Origin: Tubiluchus corallicola
Lineage: Eukaryota > Animalia > Priapulida
DNA: 64,000 nt
Assembly (NCBI GenBank): GCA_030141605.1
Contig: JAQGDQ010000290.1
Span: 230,693-294,692 of the forward strand
Direction: 5' to 3'
Positions within the stretch are counted from its first letter, which is position 1. Each line of letters begins with the position of its first letter. Shown here piece after piece: positions 1 to 13,000 of the stretch. The position numbers were made by a program, and so were the translations under genes. Below the pieces are notes generated by a model, which made no database searches, was not told the DNA's origin, and saw nothing but the letters and a program-made list of their open reading frames with translations.

Positions 1-46
1 TCAAGAGCTTAATCTAGTTCTTCAGTTAAAGCCTGCAAAACATTAA

Positions 47-655
47 CCCTGATAGGGCCACGATTTTTTACAACCGACTTTGGTAACCGGGGGGTAAAAA
101 ATTACCCCCACCATAATTCGTAAATTACTTATGATAAACCGCCATGTTTCATTAGTAAACAGCAACAGCATAATTTGTGGTTATGCTGACCACCATAGGA
201 TACATTTTACCTCTGCTTAAAGACGTGACTTACTAGTAATACGAAATTTAAATTCACTTAGTTACATTCCCTTATCTATGCTGGAATAACTGCAGACAAC
301 CGACATTGCTATCGCGTGTGCAAAAATCATTGTTATTTTGAATTTATTGTCTACTACTAGTTGTGAGTCGACTAGTTCTACGTCAGCATACAGACGTCTG
401 ACATTTTGTTTTATCAGATACTTCACCCGTATAATGTATAGACAAGCGAAGTAAAGTTTCGACAATTTTAAAAAATCGACCTATTGCATTTTCACTTTTA
501 TTTCGCGGTGAGACAATGCGCCTAAAATAAATAACTGAAAGTATTTTGTGCACAAAACATATTTAGAAAAAGTCATAGAAAAGGTTTACTGGGATGGGTA
601 TGGTAAAAAGATAAAATGCAAATACCAGTCTGGGTGTAACTTTTTACCCCCAGAT
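47..655. mobile_element. piggyBac-like non-autonomous element (family A), right end degraded
   Basis: TTAA-CCCTGATAGGGCCAC start; strongly similar to copies at 56270-56808, 57301-57815 (inverted) and 57924-58713. Confidence 0.7.
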
Positions 656-1078
656 AAACATGGATAAGATTTGAATGTTGTATATTTTATAAATTATCCA
701 TTAAACTTCGACATTTATGTAATTTATGTCAGACATTAGTTTCAAGTAAGAAAAAACTTTGCAACGTAAACAAAGAAATAGGTAAGATTGTAAGATTTAA
801 CATGTGTAAACTCTGGCACAGCTAGTAAAGAGTAAAAACAATCCATACAGAAAACTCTGCCACTTGAAAGAAACCTTTTATTGTAAGAATAAATTAATAA
901 GGGTCTTCAAATACTGAAAACGTAATAAATAATACTAATAAAATACTGATAAGGCGAAACTAAACTAATCAACAATCAGGCTGAAACTCAAACTTGCACA
1001 TTAAAATGGTAAATGCACAAATATGCTTCTTTAGTTTTGCTAACTGCACTGGATCGGGGAATTACTCTAAATACTTAC

Positions 1079-1351
1079 ATCCCTTGGAACAGCTCGCTTC
1101 ACCTCCACCTCCTTGTCGTCCAAAATGTGGGGTCTATTGTTTAGTGCCTCCTCTAGCTGAGATTCCCTGTCATACGTCACAAACCCGAACCCCCGCGACC
1201 GTCTCGTATTCGAGTCTTTCATTACCACACAGTCAACTAGTTTGCCGTACCATTCGAAATGTTTTCTCAGGGTATCTTCTGTCGTGCTGTAATTTAATCC
1301 TCCTATAAACAATTTGCAGTAGTCCTCACCCCTCCTATCCCTACTGCTGTC
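1079..1351 (-). CDS. HNRNPA1: hnRNP A-like coding exon 2 (RRM1)
   Basis: Acceptor aatttcag, donor gtaagt after ...PRD; 273 nt open frame. Confidence 0.92.
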
Positions 1352-4301
1352 CTGAAATTAAATTTAATTAGTTTAGGTTACCAGTCAATGACAGAGCATC
1401 TCTAGGCAAATCTGTCTAAAAAGATAAAACAGATTTAAATGCAGCAATTGGGCACCCAAAGTGTTACATAGATTTTTAGAATTTTACCAACTAGACTGAA
1501 TTAGTATTAGAGATTTCTATCCAAACTTTACAGACTTCAATGCAAAGTAAAACTTAATTACTTAGATTTTTAGAATTTTACCAACTAGACTGAATTAGTA
1601 TTAGAGATGTCTATCCAAACTTTACAGACTTTAATGCAAGGTAAAACTTAATTACTTTCCAAAATTTTTAGCAATCTTCCCAGAGCTTTGTTACAATCCA
1701 GTAACATGTAAGTAGTGTGACTTAATTCATACGTATTTAGGTAATGTTCTAGCTAAAAAGCCATTGCATCACCGTGATTTTTCACACTGACAAGTACACT
1801 CAAAGCAGATTTTCATTTCTTCGTACTCATAAATTCGAGTTAGGTCAAAATGTGTCATTTGGCATTTTCCTATTGTTTATGTCTATCTGAATAACTTTTC
1901 CATATTTTTGACCAAAGAACTAGTTTTGGTAAACATCCATTTTGTATGTAGACATCAGTAAACTAATAAATCTAATTTACTTTAAAGTCTTTAGAAATAT
2001 TGAAATTGTAAAATCGAATAAAATCGTCAGTGGACAGCAAAGTACATGATAAGTAGATCAGTTTAGATAAGTACATCACACACAAATGTGACAACAGCAG
2101 CATTACTCAATTCTAAGGTAAAAATTTAATGGACAAAGAAAATTTTTCGTCCACCATTACTGACAATGGGGGAAAACTTACTATCGCTTATTTAAAAGTT
2201 GAAATGTGTGACATAAAATATTTTTTCTGCAGAATTCCTGTTGAAGAGACAAAAGTAAAGAAGCTGAACGTCTGACACGCTGATCTTTGGTTTAGGAAAC
2301 ATAACTGATTTTTGTCCACAGCAGGTGCCATCTTAGTTTAAGCGTATAACTTATTTCAAAAGTATCAATCCCAATTTTGGTTTTGTTGAGGGCGACTCAA
2401 TCATATTCTAGCAGAATCTATAAAGTAAAATTCTACTGCAATTTGTTCAAGGTACTAGAAGCTATCCCTCTACCAATGTACTAGAACAGAGTACCTTAGT
2501 TTAGTGTACCTGTATTTTACGGCTGTTTATTATACCGTTGAAATTAGTTCCTTGCCCATGTGGTAAAAGTTTCAGGTTCCAGGTTACGAAATTTCAAAAT
2601 TTATGTGCTCAATAGTGCTATATTTTTATATGCATAGTCGCGAAGGAAAATGTGTTTAGTAGTTATGCAAATGTCAAATAATTTACTATTAGAATATTCG
2701 AAGAGAACCATTCAATTAGTCGAATATTTGACTGTGGCGCATTTTCCATTCACTTTCATTGCGTGGCCCACACATAAAAAATACACAAGTTTATCCAAAA
2801 TATAGTGCCACAGTTACTGTATCAGTAAGTTATGTATGTTAATTTTTGGAACCGGAGTGATAAATTTATGCATACCAGTGCTCTTGTCTGGGCTAAACAA
2901 TGTTACTTTAGATTTAAGGTAGATTTAACTACGCCGAAGTGCTTGCCTGGGCTGAACTGAAGTGTTAATTAGTATTACTGCACTATTACTGCATTACTTG
3001 GCATGAAAATGAGCTGTATGCAATTTAAAATCTAGAACTTATCTTTGCATTTATAATGAACATTTTTCCAATGAACTTTTGATGCACTTGCAGTTTAGGT
3101 GGTTCTCCTCATACACTACCTTCCTATATCACTCCCACTGCCAAAGTTCTACCTCCTTCCTACTCCAAACCTCCCCTCCTCTCCCACCCCACCAAGACAG
3201 TCACCTTTTTTGTATGATATGAAGTTTCAAATTATTGTGTTCCAGTGTTATTTATTTTATTGTATAAACCGCAACCAATTATTATTATTGCTGTTTGAGC
3301 CGCATTTCAAAAGAGAAACGAAAGTTACAAAACAACACCGGCAGAGTATGCCACCACTTAACAGCACACACAGATGCTGCAAAATGGCGCACACTGAGAA
3401 AATTCACCCGAAGCTCTTTTAAAAAGTTCAGTAATCAATAAGTAAGTTTACAATTTTGTTCTTTTTTGTGAAGCGCTGTGAAGAGATTTTCTAGGCTGTG
3501 GAACACTCTCTGCTAACTCCCAAATGAAAATATTTCATCAAATCAGTCAAATCTTAGTCCATCTCGCGACGCTAGCAGTTTTTTAAATTATTTTTTATAA
3601 ATAGGAGGTAAACTTTTCTTTACATAAGCGTGCGGATAAAGGATGCATCTTTATATTGTAGCTCTCAGCGATATTTCTGATTTAGGTGATGTGTGAATGC
3701 CTTAAAGGAGAACCATCTAAACTGCAATCTACACGAACTTTTTTGAAATTTTACCGCCCTACTAAGCTCTTTGATACTAAGAAAATGACAGAGGACGTAT
3801 CAACTTCCTAGTGAGTTAGTATTAACCAGGGCATTGAGATGCAGTGGAATGATTTTATGTATGTGAGCGGTAAGCATTCAGCATTTCACCAATCTAGTAT
3901 ACATAGGATAACTGAACAGTATTTAAAAATATTTTTATTACCCGTATAAAAATTGGAAAAAATTAATGTTCCGAATAATCGATTATGCGTGCAAGTCTTT
4001 AGCTGAAATAAGAGCAGAGACAGCCCTACAGACACTCTGAGAAGAATTTACACTACCAATATGGCTAAAAACCCAACCTTTTGAATTTTAAAATCAAGTA
4101 TTAAATTGCGCTACATTATTTACGGCATTCAATCTTCTTCGGGCCCCGATTAACTAAAACTTTATTCAAAACTCAAAAATTTAGAGACGGTTGAAGTTAC
4201 AAGGTGGTGACTTTTATTGTCAAGTCTGGAAAACAAAGAGTGAACTTGGCCATCTAAATTGACTAAACAAAGAAAAGACTTACTCCTCGGTCGCCGCCCA
4301 T
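1079..4301 (-). CDS. HNRNPA1: hnRNP A1/A2/B1-family RNA-binding protein, 5' part (exons 4301-4284 and 1351-1079); gene continues beyond the left edge
   Basis: Spliced frame MGGDRG|DSSRDRRGEDYCKLFIGGLNYSTTEDTLRKHFEWYGKLVDCVVMKDSNTRRSRGFGFVTY...EVKRAVPRD is RRM1 with RNP2 (LFIGGL) and RNP1 (RGFGFVTY). GT-AG sites are in phase 0. The symbol denotes the family; exact orthology is not determined. Confidence 0.88.
1469..1656. repeat. 94-bp tandem duplication in hnRNP intron 1
   Basis: tagatttttagaattttaccaactag...aaacttaattactt twice with few mismatches. Confidence 0.85.
4284..4301 (-). CDS. HNRNPA1: hnRNP A-like coding exon 1 (MGGDRG)
   Basis: aaaaATG GGC GGC GAC CGA GGA followed by a gtaagt donor; phase matches exon 2; TATA box upstream. 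Confidence 0.75.
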
Positions 4302-4423
4302 TTTTGCTTCCGATTTAATAATTTTCTCCAGCTTCTCTAATCAACAAAACTGCAAAAACGAATATTTACGAGAACACAAAAGATGACTGACAAAGCGAAA
4401 AGAACGAATCTCGCATATTCTCG

Positions 4424-4434
4424 GTTTTATATAC
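4424..4434 (-). promoter_or_regulatory. TATA box of hnRNP A-like gene
   Basis: Minus strand GTATATAAAAC about 125 nt upstream of the ATG at 4301, in a CpG-richer patch. Confidence 0.55.
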
Positions 4435-4619
4435 CACGCCGAAGTCACGTGTTCTCGTCATTTCGGTCATTCGTCGCGACCACGCTATTGAATGCGCGGT
4501 GCATGTCTTTCATTGCCTGGGCAGTGAATAGTTGCCATAGCTTAAACATTAGCATTGCGGAGTATGCAACACTGTCATTTAAACTGTGCCCTTACTGGCT
4601 AGTGGCGGACTGCCTTGAC

Positions 4620-5085
4620 TGGCTGACATAACATAAGTTCAGGTCCTGTAATAACAAAATGTTCAGGTGCGATCAAACGGAGTGCTTCAACGATCTCCTC
4701 TTTGTCGGATATATCCAAAGAGCTATCCCTTTGCTCTATAATGGGATGCGAGAAAATTTAACACAGTTTCCATACCGTATCACATTGACAATCCTTGTCT
4801 TCCTCCGAGGATGCTTCTCTATCAATCTTTCTCTTGTACTTTTCGGTCACCTCTTCTTGCTTGCTCAAACAAACTTCTGGTGTTGATAGAGTTGATGGCT
4901 TGATGCATATTTGTTTGTTTGTTGTTACATCTAGAATATTGTGTGACTCACTAATCACCCAGTAATCAGCAATGTAGTCAAGTCCCTCATTCCTAATAGT
5001 CTGAGTTGCCTTTCTTGCCAGAAATGCGACTGAATTACTGTAACAACAGTCTGCAGGCCTGCCTTTTGGCATGTTGGTATATGCT
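4620..5085 (-). mobile_element. Decayed coding remnant, possibly a Mutator/MULE-type transposase
   Basis: Fragments across frames (QKAGLQT, AFL, GLDYIADYWVIS, REAS..KL) loosely resemble MULE transposase C-termini; stops and frameshifts present. Confidence 0.3.
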
Positions 5086-6031
5086 GTACTGATTTAGTTC
5101 AAAATAGTGATATATCCCACAAAACTGTTAAGGTACAGACAGAGTTTTGATTTAATTATCTTAAACAACTGCAGTCGAAATCATTGTTATTGTTAATCAA
5201 ATTAGATACCAGTGTAGTTGGCAGTGTCTTAATTAATACCATTTAATTGCAAAACACTTAATTATGAATTACCACTAATGTACAGAATTTGCATTGCACC
5301 ATACATATACATATAATTATATAAACTCTATTGTTTTCCTCTATTTTTGCAAATATTTTTTTAGAATAATATTCATTGTAATTACATTTAACATCATAAA
5401 TGAAATCATATAGGCCTGTTCGCTATATTCATTTAGGTTTATATAGTCACATTTCAATTCTGTACTTTGTACGTCTGGCAAAAGCTTTGCAAAAATCGAG
5501 GAAAACAATAAAGAGTTAAGGTTTATGAATATGCTTTTTGCTGATTAATTATAACAGTGGCACGTGAAAGGTGTATAGTAATTAGTCAAACTCGTAGTGC
5601 AGATGAGCACAAAGGGGATAAAATGGAAATTTGCTGAAGATTCATGATATCGCCTATATCCTAGGTCTTAGTTATTATTACAAGTACAATGACATAATGC
5701 AATATCTTTTCTATGTAAGGAAGCAAGAAGTCTCCGTGTACTCTTCTCTTTTTCTGTTTCTCTTCGAGCCTTGTTCAACATCTTGTCATTGTATCTCTAC
5801 AGCCTTGAGTTTGCAGTCTTCCAGTCTTTCTTGGAGTAAGCATTCTTGGCGCAGAAACTCTTGAGCCTTCTATAGATCTTGATAGACCTTATGTGACCAT
5901 TTTCTTGTAATTTGAACCCAAGCTTTAACTCAAAATACCAAGTCTTTTCCCGTGTTTTCCAAATCAATGTTTGAGAAATTTGAGAAACAAGAACAGAAAT
6001 GTATCAAATGATCCCTCTCTTTCTCTTATGC

Positions 6032-6068
<37 letters not shown>

Positions 6069-6872
6069 CCCTCACACTCATGCGCTTACTCACACATTTT
6101 CTAGGCGTGTGAAGTGTGAAAATGGCAGAAAGTAGATGAGGAATACATGAAGGAAACATATTAGTACAATGATGTTTTGATGGTAATTGAGTCATGATTA
6201 ATATGACTTACAGGGGTGGCTGACTCGATAACATCCCTTCATCTTAATGTAGTCATGAAAATTAATACTATTATTATATTTTTTAAGTGTTTTAGACATT
6301 ATACTAATATTTTTTACTAACAGGTAAAAATACACGAATTTATCAAATATTACTACTATTATAGACATTACTACTATTATAGACAAAATAAGAATAAAAT
6401 AAAAAGAGGCAAAAAAGAAGGTCTGGAAGTCTCATTTTGAAATTTACTGATCAAAAAGTTCGAGAGGAGGAGTTTGTGACTGGTGAAATTTGGTTGCTTG
6501 CACAATTTTTACTCTGATTAAATTTTAATGACCTTTGAAAGAGTAGGCGCAGAGAAAACTACGATGCAAAGATTTCTTCTATTGGTGATCATATTTTGCT
6601 GTTTTGTGCAACGTTTTTTGCACTTTTGTGATTTTGTGCAAAAAAACGTGACAGTTTATTATAGAGAAAGGGTAGAAAGCCAAGTTCGGTCTCTATCACT
6701 CAAGCCTTTCTAAGAAATGTCTCAACTACTGACTGAACCTCTCAAAATGAAACTGTTATGAGAATTCTAGATAGTAACTTGTTCATTTAGCGTATATTGA
6801 TTAAATAAATTACCAATTATTTCGGAGTATGCAACTCGGCAGTTTTCGAGTAAACTATTAATTGATATTACA

Positions 6873-7022
6873 ATGAATTCGGCTGGAACAGACGCATCAG
6901 TAGTTAGAAGAATGTCTACGCAAAGCAAGAAAAAGCACTTTAAAGCTGTTTCCCAGAAGGTCAAACTATTCCGCGCTAATGAACCACAATTAAGCGTTTT
7001 TATGTGGGGAGTCAACCACACG
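6873..7022 (+). CDS. PIP4K2: PIP4K2 exon 1
   Basis: MNSAG...FMWGVNHT, donor gtgagc. Confidence 0.9.
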
Positions 7023-10000
7023 GTGAGCTACTTTATGTGTAAGCCTGTTTACTTGATACTTGATATCGATGCTGACTTTTTAAACAGTCTTCCTATCACT
7101 GCAGATGGTTTCATGTTGTGTTTATGGATGACACACACTTGGTAATTTCGTATACAACAAATAAAACTAAAATGGTTGAATATAGGAAGACAAAAATAAA
7201 TCAAAATAGTTAGAAGTTTTGGAGGTAGGAAACTAAAAAGACATATCTATCCAAGTTCACTGGTTACATGTATTTGAGTACCATTTAATACAGTTAAGTA
7301 CATCAGCATTCTTGAGTTTTAGCATGAGCTAGAGGAATACCATTCTTGTTAATTTCTTTTTTTAATTTATTAGTAAATTTGTTATTGTGCATATTTTAAA
7401 TGTATTTAAGACAATTCTTTAAAGTGTATGTATCAAGATTTTTATGTAGTTATGATGATCACTTTGAAGTCATTAATTTTTCCTTTCTTTTCAAGAAATC
7501 TAACATCTCTTTCTCATTACAGAAGAAAGTGGCAGTAATATTTTGCTAATCTACATAAATTGTCTAAAAAGAGGCATTGTTTATCCAAATTATGTACTGC
7601 CTCAGGATTTTTTGTTTTATTTTTTTATTGGCACGTTTGTGATATTTTTGCTCGAACATTAGGCAAGCTGTACAAGTCTGAATTTGTTTAAGCAGCACAC
7701 ACTTACGAAAAGCCATGGTATGCTATTGAAAAGTCATACCAGTTACATCGTAATTTTCCACTAAACGTTGGCTACCGCCATGCCTATCTATTCAACAGTA
7801 GTTTTTTATTAACTTAATGCTTTATATAGACAGTTTTTCTGTAAATTTCTTTGATATATTTTTCTAAATTTGAGTGATAATAGTAAAATAAACTCATTAT
7901 GCTAAATAACTTGTCCTTTTTCAAAAGTATGCATGAAAAGGGCAACGAGCCTTGTGCGGTGAAGATTAAATTTTGCATTTTATGATAAAATAGTTTGTGC
8001 GTTGATGATTTTCTTATACACCCATCTTGTTGTGCGTGCACTTATAATATCTGCGCTAAACAGACAAGGTTACTAATTAATGTAATTATGGTTTGTGTGC
8101 TGCACGGTAATAGTATTAATGCTAGTTTGTTGACTGTCAAGCGTTTTAAAAAACCATAAGATAAGACCTGTGTCACACAGAGCTGGAGATAATCCATGAG
8201 GCATAAGCCACGAGGAGAAAAAGCCGCGTCATGAAAAATGAACGTGTGCTAACCAGTGGTCCCTGTCATACAGATAATCCATTTGTTTATTTCTACTGCA
8301 GTTTGCCTACCGTAAGCCATCAGCCATAATCTGCGGTAGGCTCCTCACACATTTTGAGCAGTTCATAAAGCACCTTTTTGCGAAATGAATTTGGCCATTA
8401 ATTTCGTTTGCCATAAGGTGTTTTGGGGTCATCGTTAACGTGGTAATTAGCAGGTTTGTGGTTTTTACAGTTCACAATTTATTTATACCATAAAAATTTG
8501 TAAAAGAATCATCTCATAAACGTTAAAAAGCAATTTTTAAGCATGACATTTCACTAATACTGCAATTAGATATGTGCATTGCTGAAACGGATTAGTGCAA
8601 AATGTCTTACTATTTACAGCGATTAAGAAGCATACCGCATGTTATGATAACAAATAGTTTATTGACAAACAACACAATACCATGTTTTATTAATTGTTTA
8701 TTGTTTACTTTCACTTTATTGTTTATTTATTTCACATCAACACAAATACACAATTAATACATTAAAAGAAACAAAAAGTTATCAATAATTCGATGAATAA
8801 CAAACAGTCAGATACATAATAGGAAGCAAATTTTGGAAAAAATGATTTAAACTGTCTTTAGACGTAGGTGAACCTGTGGTAAACAAAGATAGTGATATCG
8901 CTACTTCCTTTAATACTGGTGTCTTAAACAACGTTATGTACAGCATCATTACAAATATACTAACTTGACTCTCAAAACACTGTGGGTTGAAAGATAAACA
9001 GAAGAATGTACAATGCAATGTATATAAAAAAATCACACATCACAGATCATCATCCCAACACTTGGTGTGGCGGGAACATAAAAGAATTTCCTTCATTTCA
9101 TTAGTGTTCTCAGAAATCTTTATTTCTGTATATAAAAAATAAAAACAATAAATTTGACTGCTTTCACTGCTTACAAATGTATAATGATCTAATTATTATA
9201 ATTTAAGACAATAAAAGTAAATATTACTCACATCGTGCAGCTATAACAACTTGATACATCCTTTGGGATGTCATACTGGTTTACAGCAAATCAGGTAGAG
9301 ACGATACAAATGATTACTTGAAAATTTATCTAAACATTATTTAAAGTTTACTAAGGGTTCTGTAAGCATGTTTAGTGAGTCTTAACTTAATTTACAACTT
9401 CATTGGTAAAATTACAGGTAAATTCACATAGGTGCTGCCACCTACATGTTAAGGCCAGAAACTGACTCTAACACTTGGGTATAATCATCATAATTATCGA
9501 AACATTGAAAGAAACAGAAGAAGTTAAATAGTAAATGGTATTTACACATTTACGAAAATAATATTATTACAGTAGTGTTGCTATCAGTTGAATATGATTT
9601 TCTGTGACGAGATATTATTTTCTTATTTTAGAACAGTCTGTGATATAATTTGAAATTAAATCTGCGAGTTCACTTTCATTTCCATTTATCAGAAATATAA
9701 ATTTTTCCTGTGCCGTAAGATTAATAAAGTTTGGAAAAATTTCGTTGACGTGAGACAACAGGCTTTGTCCTAAATCATTATAATAGTTACATTCAAGAAT
9801 TAAATGCTTTTTGTCATTGAAAGGATGTACGCCTTATGGAAATGGGATCAATCAATCAATCAATTTATTTCACTCCAGCAATATATATACAATACATCAA
9901 CATACAATATTATTGAAAAAAAAAACAGTATAGGTAAAAAAATGTTGATGAAGTCAAATTAACCGAATAAAGAGTCGCTGTATGACACCTTGAAAGCTTG

Positions 10001-13000
10001 GTTTGTTAAGGTGGCAGAAATGAGTGAACGAAGGAATGGTTAGGGTCAGAAGAAATGATAGAATGGAAAAAAATAGTAAGATTAGGGTAACGAAGAAGGA
10101 AAAGAAACGACCACAGTGTATGTTTACATAGAGCACATACAGGAAATACCTTACGGCTTACGGATTATTGTTTGCTCCTTACACTGTTTTCTGCATGTCA
10201 CGGGTCTTATAGGTCCTTTGCTTATGTGGTAGTTATTTATCTGGTCTTTTTAGCTGCTTACTATGGAGTATGGAGCCGATTTGCGTTACTAATTGTTATT
10301 AAGCATGTAAAGCTATTTTTGGTAAATGAAGAACGTTAGTCAACTGCTTCCACTTACTATGGTTTTTGCTTTGCAGATAAATGCTTTGAGTCATGTGAAT
10401 GTACCAATTATGCTGATGCCAGATGATTTCAAGGCTTTTACCAAAACAAGAGTAGATAACCATTGCTTTAACAAGTGTGTATCTAACTAATATTTGTGCA
10501 TTAGATTTTTAAAAAAGCACTTTTAACCGGTATACCTACACAAGTTTTACACTATGAATTTGTACTTGTGTGCTTACATGCTTAGCATGTTGCAAATCGT
10601 AGCATTTACAATTTTTATACTTTGTTTACTTTATTGGAAATTTAGAAGTGCACTTCAGAACATGTTAGAGTAGTTTGCTAAGCCATTGGTTGTTTGTAGC
10701 TTTCCATGCAGTTTGGTAGCTGTGTAGTGGACAGAGAAGAACATTCTGTTTAAGTTCAGTTTGTTTACTAACCAAGGAGAGTATAGGAGGTTGGCTACTA
10801 TTGTCTTGCTTATATGCAATTTTGTGCGCTGTCACTGGTTACGTAACTGCACCAGGCAACAATGTGGAGTTTGTAAATGCTTATTACGAGTTCGCTGGAG
10901 TAAAATTGGCCAAAAATGTAGACGGGATGAAAATGATGAAGCCATGCAACCGTTTAAACTTACTTTAAGTTTACTATTACCGTAATTAACAGAGACTCAG
11001 CTGATTTTTTGGCTTAATTTCAATGACATGTAGGTTGTATTTCCACTTTTTTTCTACTTAAATTTCAATGTGATGGTCGAAATCAGGAGGTTTCCGAATT
11101 TTTCAAAAGTCCGACCGAACTACGAATCTGTGGCTAAATTTCAGGAGACCTTAATTATAAATGTAATTTATATTATTGTTTAATATTGCTTATCGTATAA
11201 TATAATATTAAGCTCGTCACCAGTTGGACCTTCATTTTCACTTAGTCTATTCATTCAGCAGTGTTACTCCATGTTGTGACAATTACAGGCTCAAATCAGC
11301 CGAGTTCCCGTTCACGTTCTCAAAAAGATTGACTTCGTTCGTTGTGTACCGCGTAAATAGGTGTGTGTGTGCATGTGCATGTGGTGCGTGGTGTGTGCGT
11401 GTGTGCGTGGTGTGTGTGTTGTGGTTCAATCATTATTATATAATATTATTATCGTTACATTGGCAAGACCGTGAGCATGCTAGTGGTGATTATAGTATTA
11501 GTATTGCTCCTCGAGGGACGTGTTATTTGCATGATAATAACTATTTTCAAACACGTCGTTTCTAGTAAACTTATTCACGAAAAATGTTTTAGTCATTTCA
11601 GTTATTACAACCGAGATTTTGTCGCTTTTTGTTTTCAGAGAAAACATGCCTAGTCATTTTCGTGTTAAGGAATACTGCCCGATTGTGTTTCGTAATTTGA
11701 GAGAAAGATTTGATGTAGATGATACGGACTATGTGGTAATTTTTTCTTTTCTTTTCTTTTATTTTTATGCTAGTGTAGAATCCTGCTTACTTAACATGCA
11801 TTGTGTCGTGTGTAGATTGTGATATATGTACAGCAGTTTTTATTACGACTACTAGTGTTTACACATAATAAATAATACAGTCAATGTCAGATGTAAGGGA
11901 CACCTCGGGACCGGAAAAAAACATCCCTTACATCCGATGTCCCTTATAGCCGAAGTTGAGTCAGACTGAGGGTGTATATAGACCTGTACTTTTCTGTACT
12001 TTTACCCATATTTTTATGGATTATTGCTACATATTCAGTGCAAACGGTATGTAGGAAACTCCAGTGATGCAAGATGTATGTGACTGCGGAAACCGAGCTG
12101 TTCGAATGCGAAATTTGCGAAAAATTGAGGTGTACAACTCATTCGGTTTTTGAAAACAAAGCAGTGTTTTGCTGTAATGTTTTGCTTATGTTTTTTTTGG
12201 AAAATGTCAATTCTCATCTTGCGGTTCATTGGTTTGGAGTCCTAGTCTTGCGATTACAGAGTTTTATATTGTTACGCTGAAATAAACCGTTACTGGATAA
12301 TTGTGAAGCTATAGGATAATCTGGTTGTGCAGTTCTGCATCTTTTCGTCAGGCTTATTTGCACCTTATTACAAACAATTTTATTGAGGCTGTTTTAGTAC
12401 AGTAGGCGCCGTTTAATAGACTCACGGTTAATAGACTCTATCGCTTAATTGACTCAAAAATGCCTGGAACGGGCCGCTTCTATTCAAATATACAGTAGGC
12501 GCCGTTTAATAGACTCACGGTTAATAGACTCCATTGCTTAATTGACTCAAAACCGCCTGGAATGGGCCGGGCCGCTTCTGTTCAAATATACAGTAGGTGC
12601 CGCTCTTAATAGACTCACGGTTAATAGACTCTATCGCTTAATTGACTCAAAAATGCCTGGAACGGGCCGCTTCTATTCAAATATACAGTTGGCCCCACTT
12701 AATAGACTTTGCAAGAAAATGAAGCGGCCAACGTTGAAGGAATTTTTGCAAATAAACAGACTTAGAAAAGTCTGTGATCTAGAAAAGTATACTGTTTAAT
12801 TTATTGCTAATTCACTTATATAAATTAATATTTTAAAATATTTTTTCTAATTTTTAACTGCACAAAGGAATTTAGGCATTACTTCGTTTCTAAAATTGAT
12901 TAAAAGCTGTTGCAGTGCATAGTAAGCTGATGACAAACTTCTATAGCAGTAATATTACACCCACCGGCTGTTAATAGGTTCAGTCGGTTAATTGGGTCAA

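Noticed and set aside
3428-3540. C/D box snoRNA on the minus strand (TGATGA...CTGA)
   Set aside because: No terminal stem and no recognisable rRNA/snRNA guide; such boxes arise by chance in AT-rich introns
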